Source: Gammaproteobacteria bacterium (GTDB lineage: Bacteria > Pseudomonadota > Gammaproteobacteria > JAJFJF01). Taken from it: DNA of 64,000 nt. Each line of letters opens with the position of its first letter. Positions within the stretch are counted from its first letter, which is position 1. Position numbers and translations under genes: made by a program. The notes under the pieces were generated by a model. It saw only the letters and a list, made by a program, of their open reading frames with translations, did no database searches and was not told the DNA's origin. Shown in pieces: positions 9,744 to 19,278 of this stretch. The DNA lies in the NCBI GenBank assembly GCA_021774255.1, contig JAJFJF010000007.1:33133-97132 (forward strand). The letters are read 5' to 3'.

Positions 9744-10513
9744 CCGTTACACTTATTCAAAGCCCACTACACTGGCATGCGCCCGAGAAAAATCGCGTGC
9801 TGTTTTCTAAAAAAATTGATGCCCTTGACGGCACGACTGATTTAATCATTTTACCGGAAATGTTTACAACGGGCTTTACCATGGCGGCAACAGAGCTTGC
9901 TGAGACGATGACCGGTCCGACTGTCGAGTGGATGCACACAATAGCGCATGCAAAAAACGCTGTTATCACAGGCAGTTTAATCATTGAAGATAACGGCCAT
10001 TACTACAATCGTTTAATCTGGATGCCGCCCAATGGCGCACTGCAGTACTACGACAAGCGCCATCTCTTTCGCATGGCAAAAGAGCATGCACATTATACGG
10101 CTGGCCACACTCGCCCTCTTTTTATGTTACATGGCTGGCGCGTGTGCCCGCTGATTTGTTACGACTTGCGTTTCCCTGTTTGGAGCCGCAATAACAGTGA
10201 TAATGCATTTGATTTGCTAGTTTTTGTGGCCAATTGGCCTCGTGTACGCCACGGTGCCTGGAAAGCACTGCTGAAAGCCCGCGCGATTGAAAATTCAGCG
10301 TATGTGGTTGGCGTTAATCGTGTGGGCCAAGATGATAACGATATTGATTATGCAGGTGACAGTGTCGCACTGAATTATCTAGGGGAAAGTTTAATCGACT
10401 GTGCGGATAGAGACACTGTGCAGAGCGTGCCGCTAGATTACCAGGCGTTGCAAGATTTTCGCGCCCGCTTCCCTGCGCATCAAGATGCTGATCGGTTTAC
10501 TATTGATCTCTAA
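9731..10513 (+). CDS. yafV: Omega-amidase, carbon-nitrogen hydrolase family
   Basis: LPEMFTTGF, YDKRHLF, ICYDLRFPVWSRN. Overlaps ybdL. Confidence 0.85.
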   Translation: MHNLTVTLIQSPLHWHAPEKNRVLFSKKIDALDGTTDLIILPEMFTTGFTMAATELAETMTGPTVEWMHTIAHAKNAVITGSLIIEDNGHYYNRLIWMPPNGALQYYDKRHLFRMAKEHAHYTAGHTRPLFMLHGWRVCPLICYDLRFPVWSRNNSDNAFDLLVFVANWPRVRHGAWKALLKARAIENSAYVVGVNRVGQDDNDIDYAGDSVALNYLGESLIDCADRDTVQSVPLDYQALQDFRARFPAHQDADRFTIDL

Positions 10514-11547
10514 AACGACAACACACCCCTTACTATCCAATAGCCCCCGACACTTAACCACAAAAACAAAATCAGCCCTAAATAAAACGGTTTCACCCCT
10601 ACCGCTTTAATCTTTTTAAAACTGGTTTCCATCCCCAAGGCACACATTGCCATCGTGAGTAAAAAAGTATCCAGCCGATTGATCTGTGTCACCAAACCCT
10701 CTGGCAAAAATTGTAAAGAATTGATCCCGGCAAACACAATAAAACCAAAGGCAAACCAAGGAATAGGCACTTTATGTTTTGCCACCTCACCTTCTGCTGG
10801 GTGCTGCGCCCGCCACGCTATCCACGCCCCCATGATGAGCAACAACGGTGCCAACATTAACACACGCCCCATTTTCACAATCACCGCGGTTTCAGCCGCA
10901 CTCTCACTCACTGCCTTGCCCGCTGCCACCACTTGTGCGACTTCATGCACGGTGGCGCCCGTGTAAATTCCGTAGGTTTGCGCATCAAAATGTAAAATGC
11001 CCGTGCTATAAACGATCGGATATAAAAACATCGCCAGGGTACCAAACAAAACGACGGTCGCCACCGCAATTGTTGCCTGGTGTGGTTTTGCACGAATGGT
11101 AGGCTCCGTTGCCAACACCGCTGCCGCGCCACAAATAGACGCGCCCATCGCGGTTAACAAAGAGGTGTGTCCATCCAACTTCAGCAAACGCTGCCCAGCG
11201 ACCACGCCGAGCAATAAGGTACTGACTAAAATAATGAAGCTTGCAAGCAACCCAGCCCCCCCCACAGCCACTATCTGCTGAAAGGTAATATGAAAGCCAT
11301 ACAGCATGACCGCCAAGCGCAAAATTTGCTTGGTGGAAAAGACAATGCCCGGGTTCCACTGCGCTGGCAAGCTATCACGAAAGGTATTGGCATAGACCAT
11401 GCCCAATACCACACCGATAATAAGCGGGCTGATATTCCATTGCGCTACTAGCGGCAAGCCCGCTATCAGGCTTGAAACCAAAGCAAACAAGGCCACGAAA
11501 ATGACACCGCTGGCGGTGTGGTGCATTTTAAGCGTTAAAATAGGCAT
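10510..11547 (-). CDS. YeiH-family membrane protein
   Basis: SICGAAAVLAT, GATVHEVAQVVAAG, AVIVKMGRVLML, IPWFAFGF. Start after SD gagga. Confidence 0.85.
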   Translation of the reverse strand: MPILTLKMHHTASGVIFVALFALVSSLIAGLPLVAQWNISPLIIGVVLGMVYANTFRDSLPAQWNPGIVFSTKQILRLAVMLYGFHITFQQIVAVGGAGLLASFIILVSTLLLGVVAGQRLLKLDGHTSLLTAMGASICGAAAVLATEPTIRAKPHQATIAVATVVLFGTLAMFLYPIVYSTGILHFDAQTYGIYTGATVHEVAQVVAAGKAVSESAAETAVIVKMGRVLMLAPLLLIMGAWIAWRAQHPAEGEVAKHKVPIPWFAFGFIVFAGINSLQFLPEGLVTQINRLDTFLLTMAMCALGMETSFKKIKAVGVKPFYLGLILFLWLSVGGYWIVRGVLSF

Positions 11548-11635
11548 ATCATCCTCAAAAAGAAAACCATAGTATTGCGGCCCCACATTTTGTAAACTAC
11601 TCTTCGTTTTGCATAAGTCGCTCGAGAACAGTTTG

Positions 11636-13180
11636 ATGCGCTCACAATTTGGACAACTTGGACCTGCTTGTCAATCACTTCACCACACTCTTTTTGCACT
11701 TTTAATAGGGAGTGTGTTACTCATCGCAGGCATGAGCACGGCGATTGCCTTGCCACCGGGTGACGGCTTCACTCTCGCCGCCCAAATTGGGCCAGAAGAC
11801 GCACCGCGTTATCAACTCACGATTTCCAGTGAAGACAACACTGCTATTTATACTCGATTTGCGGAAAAATTCTATCAGGTCACCGTGACGGATATCTTGC
11901 CACTCCATGATGCCGATCTGACTTTTCTTTATGAGCTCGTTGATCACAGCGACTTTTTCTCACTTCCTTCGCATTATACCTGCGATGCCACCTGTGAGGC
12001 CGACTACCTGACGATGAGTGCCAGCATGAATGGCGAGTCTCATACTGTACAGGCGCAAAACACATCTGTCCTGACGCTTGAATTACTCATATTGGCGATG
12101 AATACGCTACTGCCCAAAGAGCGCCAGTTACCGGTTGCTATCGATCCCCCTGACATCACGATTACCTGGTTAGGCGACCTTCATACAAAAGTCACTGACA
12201 TTGACAACTGGGAAACTTCCACGTTGGCGGCACTGGATCGCTGGCACACCGCGCAGCTTAATATTCTCATGACCACACCAGAAGCCTCAGATTATGACGC
12301 GCGTCTGGCTGAGATCACACGCGAATATGAAACGGTACTGCATGAAACACAACGCTCTGCAGAAATACTATTAGACCAGCAGCTCATCACACCGCTAAAT
12401 GCCGTACTGGCGAGCCCTTCGATCCGTTACGCACCGGAGGCTGAATTAGAAAGCAGCATTGCCACACCCGTGCCGCCCTTACCTGCACCGCATTTAGATG
12501 CGCCCGATCCACACATTATCGATCTGGATGCGATACTGAAATGGCAATACCGCCCTTACCTGCAAATTGATTTGGGTTATAGCGACACCAATTTATTCCG
12601 TATTTACCCTTTTGACGACACCCTTAGCGCCGACATTGATTTCAGTGATGATGGCTTTGTCTATATGGTCGCAACGGGTTATCAATTTTTATCTTTCTTA
12701 GCTGCTGAAGCGGGCTTTATTCAATTTGCAAAGATCACAGAAGACGTGAGTGACATTCGCGGTATTGGCCAAGGAAATGACTTTCTCAATTCAGATCTGC
12801 AGCTTTATTCATTCTATCTTGCTGCCAAACTGATTTTACCGGTGCATCGCTGGGGCTTGAGCTTTTTCAGTAAACTCGGTATCGCCTGGACCTGGCTCGA
12901 CATCGAACTCGATGGCTTTGTCTGCAGCGAAGGCGGCGAGCTTGATTTAAGCAAAACAGAAGACGGCGTGAGCTTTTTGCTCGCCTTTGGCGCCTCTTAC
13001 ACCCCTGAACGCTTTCCCAATTTTGCCATCAACCTGCAATGGCTGCGTTTATTCGATGTTGAAAATGCGGACGTGATCGACGATGTCGTCGTCAACCTCG
13101 ATAGCTTTGATATTGATGCCATCACCGTCGCGCTGGTGTATCAGTTTGATCTCTTTGATTTAGTCAACGGCTCACGTTAA
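11636..13180 (+). CDS. Secreted N-terminal domain fused to a C-terminal OmpA-like beta-barrel
   Basis: C-terminal ~210 aa align by eye with the 6446 barrel (GYQFLSFLAAEAGF, FSKLG, LQWLRLF). Start uncertain. Confidence 0.65.
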   Translation: MRSQFGQLGPACQSLHHTLFALLIGSVLLIAGMSTAIALPPGDGFTLAAQIGPEDAPRYQLTISSEDNTAIYTRFAEKFYQVTVTDILPLHDADLTFLYELVDHSDFFSLPSHYTCDATCEADYLTMSASMNGESHTVQAQNTSVLTLELLILAMNTLLPKERQLPVAIDPPDITITWLGDLHTKVTDIDNWETSTLAALDRWHTAQLNILMTTPEASDYDARLAEITREYETVLHETQRSAEILLDQQLITPLNAVLASPSIRYAPEAELESSIATPVPPLPAPHLDAPDPHIIDLDAILKWQYRPYLQIDLGYSDTNLFRIYPFDDTLSADIDFSDDGFVYMVATGYQFLSFLAAEAGFIQFAKITEDVSDIRGIGQGNDFLNSDLQLYSFYLAAKLILPVHRWGLSFFSKLGIAWTWLDIELDGFVCSEGGELDLSKTEDGVSFLLAFGASYTPERFPNFAINLQWLRLFDVENADVIDDVVVNLDSFDIDAITVALVYQFDLFDLVNGSR

Positions 13181-13251
13181 ACACCGCATGCGATAGCATT
13201 TGAAGGCACTCTCCTCAAGCACAAAAACAAGCAAGTTGATTTACTTATAAT

Positions 13252-13280
13252 TTGACCTGCCCCTCAAATTAAGATACTTT
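13252..13280 (+). promoter_or_regulatory. Possible sigma70 promoter for the glucanase gene
   Basis: TTGACC-17 nt-TACTTT. Confidence 0.4.
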
Positions 13281-13331
13281 GCTAACCTACTTAAAAATAT
13301 TTTTCCTGAACGCGTAAAAAAAGGGGGCGTT

Positions 13332-15455
13332 ATGAACAAAGCGATTGTTCCTTCTCTCGTAGTCTCAATTGCACTTTTCTCGGTGCAAGCACACTCTAAA
13401 ACTTCTCTTGAAACCCATCTCTTAGACCCTAGCACTTGCATCAGTGTCGACAACTGCCCAGCCGGCGCTTATTACTTTTCTCCTGAACACGATGTTGCCC
13501 AACTCAACCAGGTAGCTGATATTGTGTTGCAAAAAATGGAAATGGACAGCGAATTTTCCACCGACCGTTATGCTTTTTTGTTAGCACCGGGTGTGTATAC
13601 GGGTACGCAAAATGGCGATGACGTACTTTATCATCGCTTTGCGTCTGATGAAGTTAAACAAAATGCGGGGCTCAATATTGTGTTGGGTTACTACACGTTT
13701 GTGCATGGTTTGGGTGATCACCCTGCCAGCGTGAGCATCAGTAATTTGGAAGTGCGTAATCAGTGTGACCCTAGCATTCCTAACAACCCTGATTGCATTC
13801 AACCTGGCGGCTTAGATAACTTTTGGCGCGGCGCCGAAAATATTCGTGTTCACCGCACGGCACCGGGGGACATTATTTTAGCAGCGTCACAAGCCGTGCC
13901 TTTTAGAAACTTAGATATCCATTTACCTGAACCGACTCCAGACTACCCTAATCCACAACTGTTACTCTGTGACTATCGCACACCCGAAATTTGGGCATGC
14001 GGTTACACCAGTGGTGGTTATATGGCCAACGTGAATGTGGCTGGCAATATTGTGCCGGGTTCGCAGCAGCAATATTTTGTGCGTAACAGTGAATTTACTG
14101 AAATGAGTTTAGGGGCATTATGGAATACCGTCGTGCTGGGGTCGGGTGAACGCTATACCGCCCCCGATAAAGACGACATCGAAATTGGCGGTGAGCTCTG
14201 GGATACCTTCCCTTACACACTTGAACAAGACGTGCCGATCGTTGCTGAAAAACCGTTTATTTGGCAAGAAGGTGGCGGCGATGCTAAAACCTTTAAACTT
14301 CGCGTACCCAATCGCATGATCAATCGTGAAGGTGTGCATTGGCCTATTCAAGGCAATGATATTGAGGTAACAGAAGATAACTTTGTGATTGTCAGCCAGA
14401 TCAGCGACCCGAGCGGCAAGCTTAGCCCACAACGCGTGAGCGAAATTAACCATGCGATCAATAATGAAGGCAAACATTTGTTGTTTATGCCGGGTGATTA
14501 TTTGATTGAAGATACGATTCAAGCACAAAGAGATGGCGTGATTGTACACGGTATTGCCACCACCATGGTCTGCGGTAATGCGCAAGCCTGTTTAACAGTT
14601 AGTGGCGCGAACAGTAAAATCAGCGGCTTGACCCTCGATGCTGCTTACGTCAGTGAATCCGCTCCCAAAACACCCGCACTCTTGCATGTTCAACACACCG
14701 CACGTGATGCTGATTTAAGCGATATTGCTTGTCGTGTGGGCGGTAAACCAAGACCTTATGAAGTGCAATCAAGCGATCAAGATCTCGTCAACAACTTGGG
14801 CACCTGCCTGCAGGTTGACGCTGACAATGTCATTATTGATCACGCTTGGCTATGGCGTGCAGATCACGGTGAAACCGGCTCTAGCAACAACGATGATTAT
14901 ATCGGTTGGGAAGTGAATAAAGCCGACCACGGTATTGTGGTGAATGGCGCGAATGTGACGGCGTACGGTTTATTTGTTGAGCATTTTCAGCATTACCAAA
15001 CTTTATGGAATGGTGAAAACGGTCGTACCTTTTTCTATCAGTCAGAGCTCCCCTATGATGTGCCTGGCGCGGCGGCATGGCAATGTGATCAGTTAAAAGG
15101 CGATGTCAGCAATAACGTAGGCTATTGCGCCTCGTATAAAGTGGCCGATCATGTGAATGCACATCAGGCAAAAGGGTTAGGTGTGTACTCTTATTTTGAC
15201 GATTTCCAAAACCCAGGCGGCGGCCAAGGCGAAATCTATTTAGCCAATGCGATTGAAGTACCGGCTAAACCGGGTATGCAATTTAGCAATATCATTGCCG
15301 TGTATCTTGATGGTATTAAAGATTTGCCGGCACAAAAAAGTGGCTTTTTAAATATCATTAACAATACAGGCGGCCCTACGATTGGTTCGGTGGACATGCT
15401 AAATGATGGCGAGTTTGAAAAGCTAAGAACTGCCCTGCCTGGTTACGCAGGTTGA
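13332..15455 (+). CDS. Secreted GH55-family beta-1,3-glucanase
   Basis: Signal peptide. RYAFLLAPG, NFWRGAEN, SQQQY, WLWRADHG, AYGLFVEHFQ and FYQSELPYD match bacterial GH55. Confidence 0.8.
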   Translation: MNKAIVPSLVVSIALFSVQAHSKTSLETHLLDPSTCISVDNCPAGAYYFSPEHDVAQLNQVADIVLQKMEMDSEFSTDRYAFLLAPGVYTGTQNGDDVLYHRFASDEVKQNAGLNIVLGYYTFVHGLGDHPASVSISNLEVRNQCDPSIPNNPDCIQPGGLDNFWRGAENIRVHRTAPGDIILAASQAVPFRNLDIHLPEPTPDYPNPQLLLCDYRTPEIWACGYTSGGYMANVNVAGNIVPGSQQQYFVRNSEFTEMSLGALWNTVVLGSGERYTAPDKDDIEIGGELWDTFPYTLEQDVPIVAEKPFIWQEGGGDAKTFKLRVPNRMINREGVHWPIQGNDIEVTEDNFVIVSQISDPSGKLSPQRVSEINHAINNEGKHLLFMPGDYLIEDTIQAQRDGVIVHGIATTMVCGNAQACLTVSGANSKISGLTLDAAYVSESAPKTPALLHVQHTARDADLSDIACRVGGKPRPYEVQSSDQDLVNNLGTCLQVDADNVIIDHAWLWRADHGETGSSNNDDYIGWEVNKADHGIVVNGANVTAYGLFVEHFQHYQTLWNGENGRTFFYQSELPYDVPGAAAWQCDQLKGDVSNNVGYCASYKVADHVNAHQAKGLGVYSYFDDFQNPGGGQGEIYLANAIEVPAKPGMQFSNIIAVYLDGIKDLPAQKSGFLNIINNTGGPTIGSVDMLNDGEFEKLRTALPGYAG

Positions 15456-15508
15456 ATTTATACTTCTAACTTGTTTTAGAATGTTTTAAAAACGTTATGT
15501 TGAAAAAC

Positions 15509-15532
15509 TGGGTGCAAGATCCCTTGTGCCCA
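15509..15532. terminator. Hairpin between convergent genes
   Basis: tgggtgcaag-atcc-cttgtgccca with G.U pairs. Weak U tract. Confidence 0.4.
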
Positions 15533-15570
15533 AGAGTTCTTTGGGATATCTCCTCATCCCTGTACGTGTG

Positions 15571-15596
15571 GTAGGGGCACGGCGTCGTGCCCCTGC
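15571..15596 (+). repeat. GTAG-type REP-like hairpin
   Basis: GTAG-GGGCACG-gcgt-CGTGCCC. Confidence 0.6.
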
Positions 15597-15598
15597 CA

Positions 15599-17257
15599 TC
15601 ACTTTTCCCGAGCAACTACTCCCAAAATATACACCTCGATGTAGCGGATCTGCTCCCCCAGCCCTTTTTGCAAGGTAGCCATCTTGGTCAGCTCATCGAG
15701 GCTCTGCCCTGTTGCCCCGGTTGTTGCCCACCTCCTGCTTCTGCCTCGTCTTCCTTTTGATGAGCCGCTAACCGCTTGCTCAGCTCCTTCACCTTCTGTT
15801 GCTGAAAGCTTTGCGACTAGTGATTCAAGCACACCATGCTCCCAGTGTGCCTGGGCAAGCAATATTCCTATCATGCTAAGCCATGAGTGATGCTCAACAT
15901 CCTTCTTGCCAGGAACAGAGCTGATGTAGGGCATATCCAAGCATACCTGAATGCCATCAAACAACGTTTGGCTATTAGCAAGAATACACGGTATCTCTGA
16001 AACGCTTGGAAGATGATCAAACGCGTAATTTATTTGTGCACGCAATGCATGCCGTAATGAAAAGATCTGCTCGTCGGTGTGTCCTATTAAAACTGCAGCC
16101 TCGAGTGCTTGGAGCTGTGTAGTTGCCTCAAAGAGTAAAGCTTGAAACTTCTTTTCAAATGCCTCAACCGTCACTCGCCCAGGAGAAAGATACTGGTCAC
16201 AAAATTGTTGATTTAGTTGAGCTAAGCTAGCCAGCCGTGTTTCACTTTGCCCTATTAACCCAGTGGCTTCTTCCTCAAGTGCATCCCTATCTTTTGTTCT
16301 ACGTTCCAGACTCACTCGCAACTGCAACTGATCGCACACCCTACGAATCGGACTTTCAGGGTGCGCGCGTTGACTGTGCTTTCTAAGCTTGCCAAGCAGT
16401 ATTTCTGCGGCATCCACTTCCAACCCTTGTGTTTCCCCCACCCGCTTTTGCTCACCACATAAACGTTCAAAATTATCTCTCTGATCATCTCCCCGCATCA
16501 AAAGTACCTTCAAGCATTCAAGTATTTTTTTAAAATGCTTACAAAGTACATTGAGTTTAAGCATTGTACTCACTGCTTCAGAAAGTGGATCAGTGAAAAT
16601 ACTCATATCCTCATTGAATTCTTCATCTTCCTGTGTTGTGAAATCGACATCGAGAATATCAATATTTTCTAGGTTCAAAGAAGAAACAGCCTCACAAACT
16701 TCTCGCAACATTAAGCAAGCTCCATTAGTTTGCTCAATGGCCCAGCACCGAAATGTTTTCCTAAACGCAGGCAACTTCGTCGTCATCTCTTCGAGCAATT
16801 GCATGGCACCCACGCTTCTGGCCTTTTCAACTTCACTTTCTAAAGCGACTAAACTTTTTACCACCCAAAAAAAGAACGTGGATATTGTTTGGCAAAAACG
16901 GTTCAAGTCTTCTTCGGGGCCAATGGAGGGCAAGTGCTTCAATACAATACCCAGTGCTTGCTTAAGCAACGGCGTTGTTGCTGTCTGCAAAGTTTCAAGC
17001 AACTTCTCGTGCATGCGATCTCGTTGCATGCATCCGTGCCCTGTCCGCGCTGTGTATTTTTCATTAAGCTTTTTTGGGCTATCTACATCTGCATGGCTCA
17101 TCGCCTGCGACAACTCTTGAGTGTAAAAACCACCCTCTGTTTCTGAGGTTGAGCGAGTAGCAAGATCAAGATACTTTGACAATTCACTAGATTGTCCTTC
17201 AAGAAGTCGTTGTGATGCCTCGGGATCAAGTTCTGGTTTGCTTCCCTCATTCCCCAT
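15599..17257 (-). CDS. Orphan helical/coiled-coil protein with N-terminal MGxxxS(K) motif
   Basis: 552-aa ORF starting MGNEGSK. No recognised family. Confidence 0.7.
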   Translation of the reverse strand: MGNEGSKPELDPEASQRLLEGQSSELSKYLDLATRSTSETEGGFYTQELSQAMSHADVDSPKKLNEKYTARTGHGCMQRDRMHEKLLETLQTATTPLLKQALGIVLKHLPSIGPEEDLNRFCQTISTFFFWVVKSLVALESEVEKARSVGAMQLLEEMTTKLPAFRKTFRCWAIEQTNGACLMLREVCEAVSSLNLENIDILDVDFTTQEDEEFNEDMSIFTDPLSEAVSTMLKLNVLCKHFKKILECLKVLLMRGDDQRDNFERLCGEQKRVGETQGLEVDAAEILLGKLRKHSQRAHPESPIRRVCDQLQLRVSLERRTKDRDALEEEATGLIGQSETRLASLAQLNQQFCDQYLSPGRVTVEAFEKKFQALLFEATTQLQALEAAVLIGHTDEQIFSLRHALRAQINYAFDHLPSVSEIPCILANSQTLFDGIQVCLDMPYISSVPGKKDVEHHSWLSMIGILLAQAHWEHGVLESLVAKLSATEGEGAEQAVSGSSKGRRGRSRRWATTGATGQSLDELTKMATLQKGLGEQIRYIEVYILGVVAREK

Positions 17258-17287
17258 CTCATCACTGTGTCTCTCTGATGATATTGT

Positions 17288-17304
17288 GTAACATTGACAG
17301 GGAA
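17288..17304 (-). promoter_or_regulatory. TTAC-N7-TGTTAC element (1 mismatch) upstream of 15599..17257
   Basis: Sense aatTTCCctgtcaaTGTTAC, 30 nt before the ATG. Confidence 0.55.
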
Positions 17305-17390
17305 ATTACCTAGCTTCCAAATGAAGTCGAGATGAGACCTATAGCACGCTAACCGTGCAAAAAATTACCTTTGAGATTCAATCTACCGCA

Positions 17391-18185
17391 CTACCGCTGA
17401 TGCAAATTGGCTAAGACATTCATCACCCATTTGTTGGGCATGATGCGAGAAATGTGGGAACTGATGTAATTGAAAAAACCGGGAATGTAGACGCGCTTGC
17501 CACCCATCATGGCCTGATACCCTTTTTTAGCGACCTGCTCGGCTGTCATCATCGGTACCGTGCCATTGTGAATAGGGCTATTTTTGAGATCCGCGGCGTC
17601 AGAAAAGGCAGTGGCCGTCGGGCCTGGGCACAGCGCGGTGGCGGTCACGCCCGTGCCTTTTAATTCGCGACTTAACGCTTCTGAAAAAGACAACACATAC
17701 GCTTTGCTGGCAAAATACACTGCCATATAAGGGCCTGGCTGATAAGCCGACGTGGAAGCAATATTAAGAATGCGCCCTCGACCACGCTCAATCATCTGCG
17801 GTATTAAACGCTGCGCTAGCTCCGTCAACACCACCATATTCACCATCATCATGGCTTGATTAAGGCGCGGCTCAATCTCATCCAGCCGCCCTTTCATACC
17901 AAAACCAGCATTATTGACCAAAATATCAATCTGCAGGCCGCGTTGCGATAAGGCGCTAAACAGCTTATCAGCTGCATTGGGCTCAGCAAGATCTTGTACA
18001 ATCACCTCTACCTTGACGCCATACTCGCGGGATAACTGCTCAGCCAACGCATTGAGCAACGCTTCGCGCCGCGCAACAATCACCAAATTATGCTGCTGCT
18101 TGGCCAATTCTTCGGCAAGCGCCTTACCGATGCCGCTGGACGCGCCTGTGACGAGCGCAGTTGAAGATAAATTGTTATTTGCCAT
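17391..18185 (-). CDS. Short-chain dehydrogenase/reductase
   Basis: TGASSGIG, NNAG and catalytic YFASK. Confidence 0.9.
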   Translation of the reverse strand: MANNNLSSTALVTGASSGIGKALAEELAKQQHNLVIVARREALLNALAEQLSREYGVKVEVIVQDLAEPNAADKLFSALSQRGLQIDILVNNAGFGMKGRLDEIEPRLNQAMMMVNMVVLTELAQRLIPQMIERGRGRILNIASTSAYQPGPYMAVYFASKAYVLSFSEALSRELKGTGVTATALCPGPTATAFSDAADLKNSPIHNGTVPMMTAEQVAKKGYQAMMGGKRVYIPGFFNYISSHISRIMPNKWVMNVLANLHQR

Positions 18186-18363
18186 GCTTGTGGACTCAAT
18201 AAAATTTTCCCTGTTATTACAGTATAGTTGAATTTTATTAAAAAACGTCATTTAGCTAACTTATACAATAAGTTTGCAGTAGTTGCTTACTCCCTACCCC
18301 ATCATCCTTTATAATACGAGGTCTTTTAAGCAAAACAGCGCTCTTTTTTTAGGAAATCGACTT

Positions 18364-19278
18364 ATGACCAGCACCGCACACCCTTCTCCAGACAGACTCC
18401 GTATTGGCTTGCAGAAATCTGGCCGTTTAAGCGACGACTCACTGCACCTACTTGACCGTTGCGGAATTAAAATCCGCAAACACCGAGACCGCTTGTTTCA
18501 ACATAGCGAGAATTTCCCCTTGGATGTGCTACTAGTGCGTGATGATGATATCCCTGAATTGGTGATGGATGGGATCTGTGATATCGGCATTGTAGGCACC
18601 AATGTACTGCATGAAAAAGCCTTAAAGCGTAACCAACAAGGTATTGATGATGGCATTGAAACCTTACACACCTTAAATTTTGGGGGTTGCCGTTTGTCGA
18701 TTGCGGTGCCCGAACAACTGGAATACGTCGATATTAATTGCCTGGCCGGTAAACGCGTGGCTACCACCTACCCTTATTTACTGCAGCAATTTTGTGCCGA
18801 GCAAAACGTCGACATGAAAGCGATTATGCTCAACGGCTCAGTGGAAATTGCACCGCGCCTTGGCATTGCCGATGCCGTTTGTGATTTGGTCTCAACCGGC
18901 GCGACACTACAAGCCAATGGCCTGCGCGAAGTGGAAACCGTGTTTACCAGCCAAGCGGTGATGGTGAAAAACCAACATGAATGGCCTGTCGAAAAACAAG
19001 CGACCGCCGCATTGCTCGAGCGCCGACTAGAAGGCGTGCTGCAAGCCAATGAAAGTAAATACATCATGCTGCATAGCTCCAAAGCTTCGCTGGAAAAAGT
19101 GATTGATTTACTCCCAGGCGTGGAACACCCCACGATTGTACCGCTTGAAAAAAACAATGACGCGGTGGCAATCCATGCTGTCTGTCATGAAACGGTATTC
19201 TGGAACACCATGGAAAAATTAAAAGCCGCAGGCGCCAGTTCTATTCTCGTGCTGCCGATTGAAAAGATGATGCTGTAA
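18364..19278 (+). CDS. hisG: ATP phosphoribosyltransferase (long form)
   Basis: QKSGRL, VRDDDIP, GSVEIAP, DLVSTGATL, LPIEKMM. SD agga. Confidence 0.95.
   Translation: MTSTAHPSPDRLRIGLQKSGRLSDDSLHLLDRCGIKIRKHRDRLFQHSENFPLDVLLVRDDDIPELVMDGICDIGIVGTNVLHEKALKRNQQGIDDGIETLHTLNFGGCRLSIAVPEQLEYVDINCLAGKRVATTYPYLLQQFCAEQNVDMKAIMLNGSVEIAPRLGIADAVCDLVSTGATLQANGLREVETVFTSQAVMVKNQHEWPVEKQATAALLERRLEGVLQANESKYIMLHSSKASLEKVIDLLPGVEHPTIVPLEKNNDAVAIHAVCHETVFWNTMEKLKAAGASSILVLPIEKMML

Noticed and set aside
18250..18363. His attenuator leader upstream of hisG
   Set aside because: No His-codon-rich leader peptide or terminator hairpin was seen.
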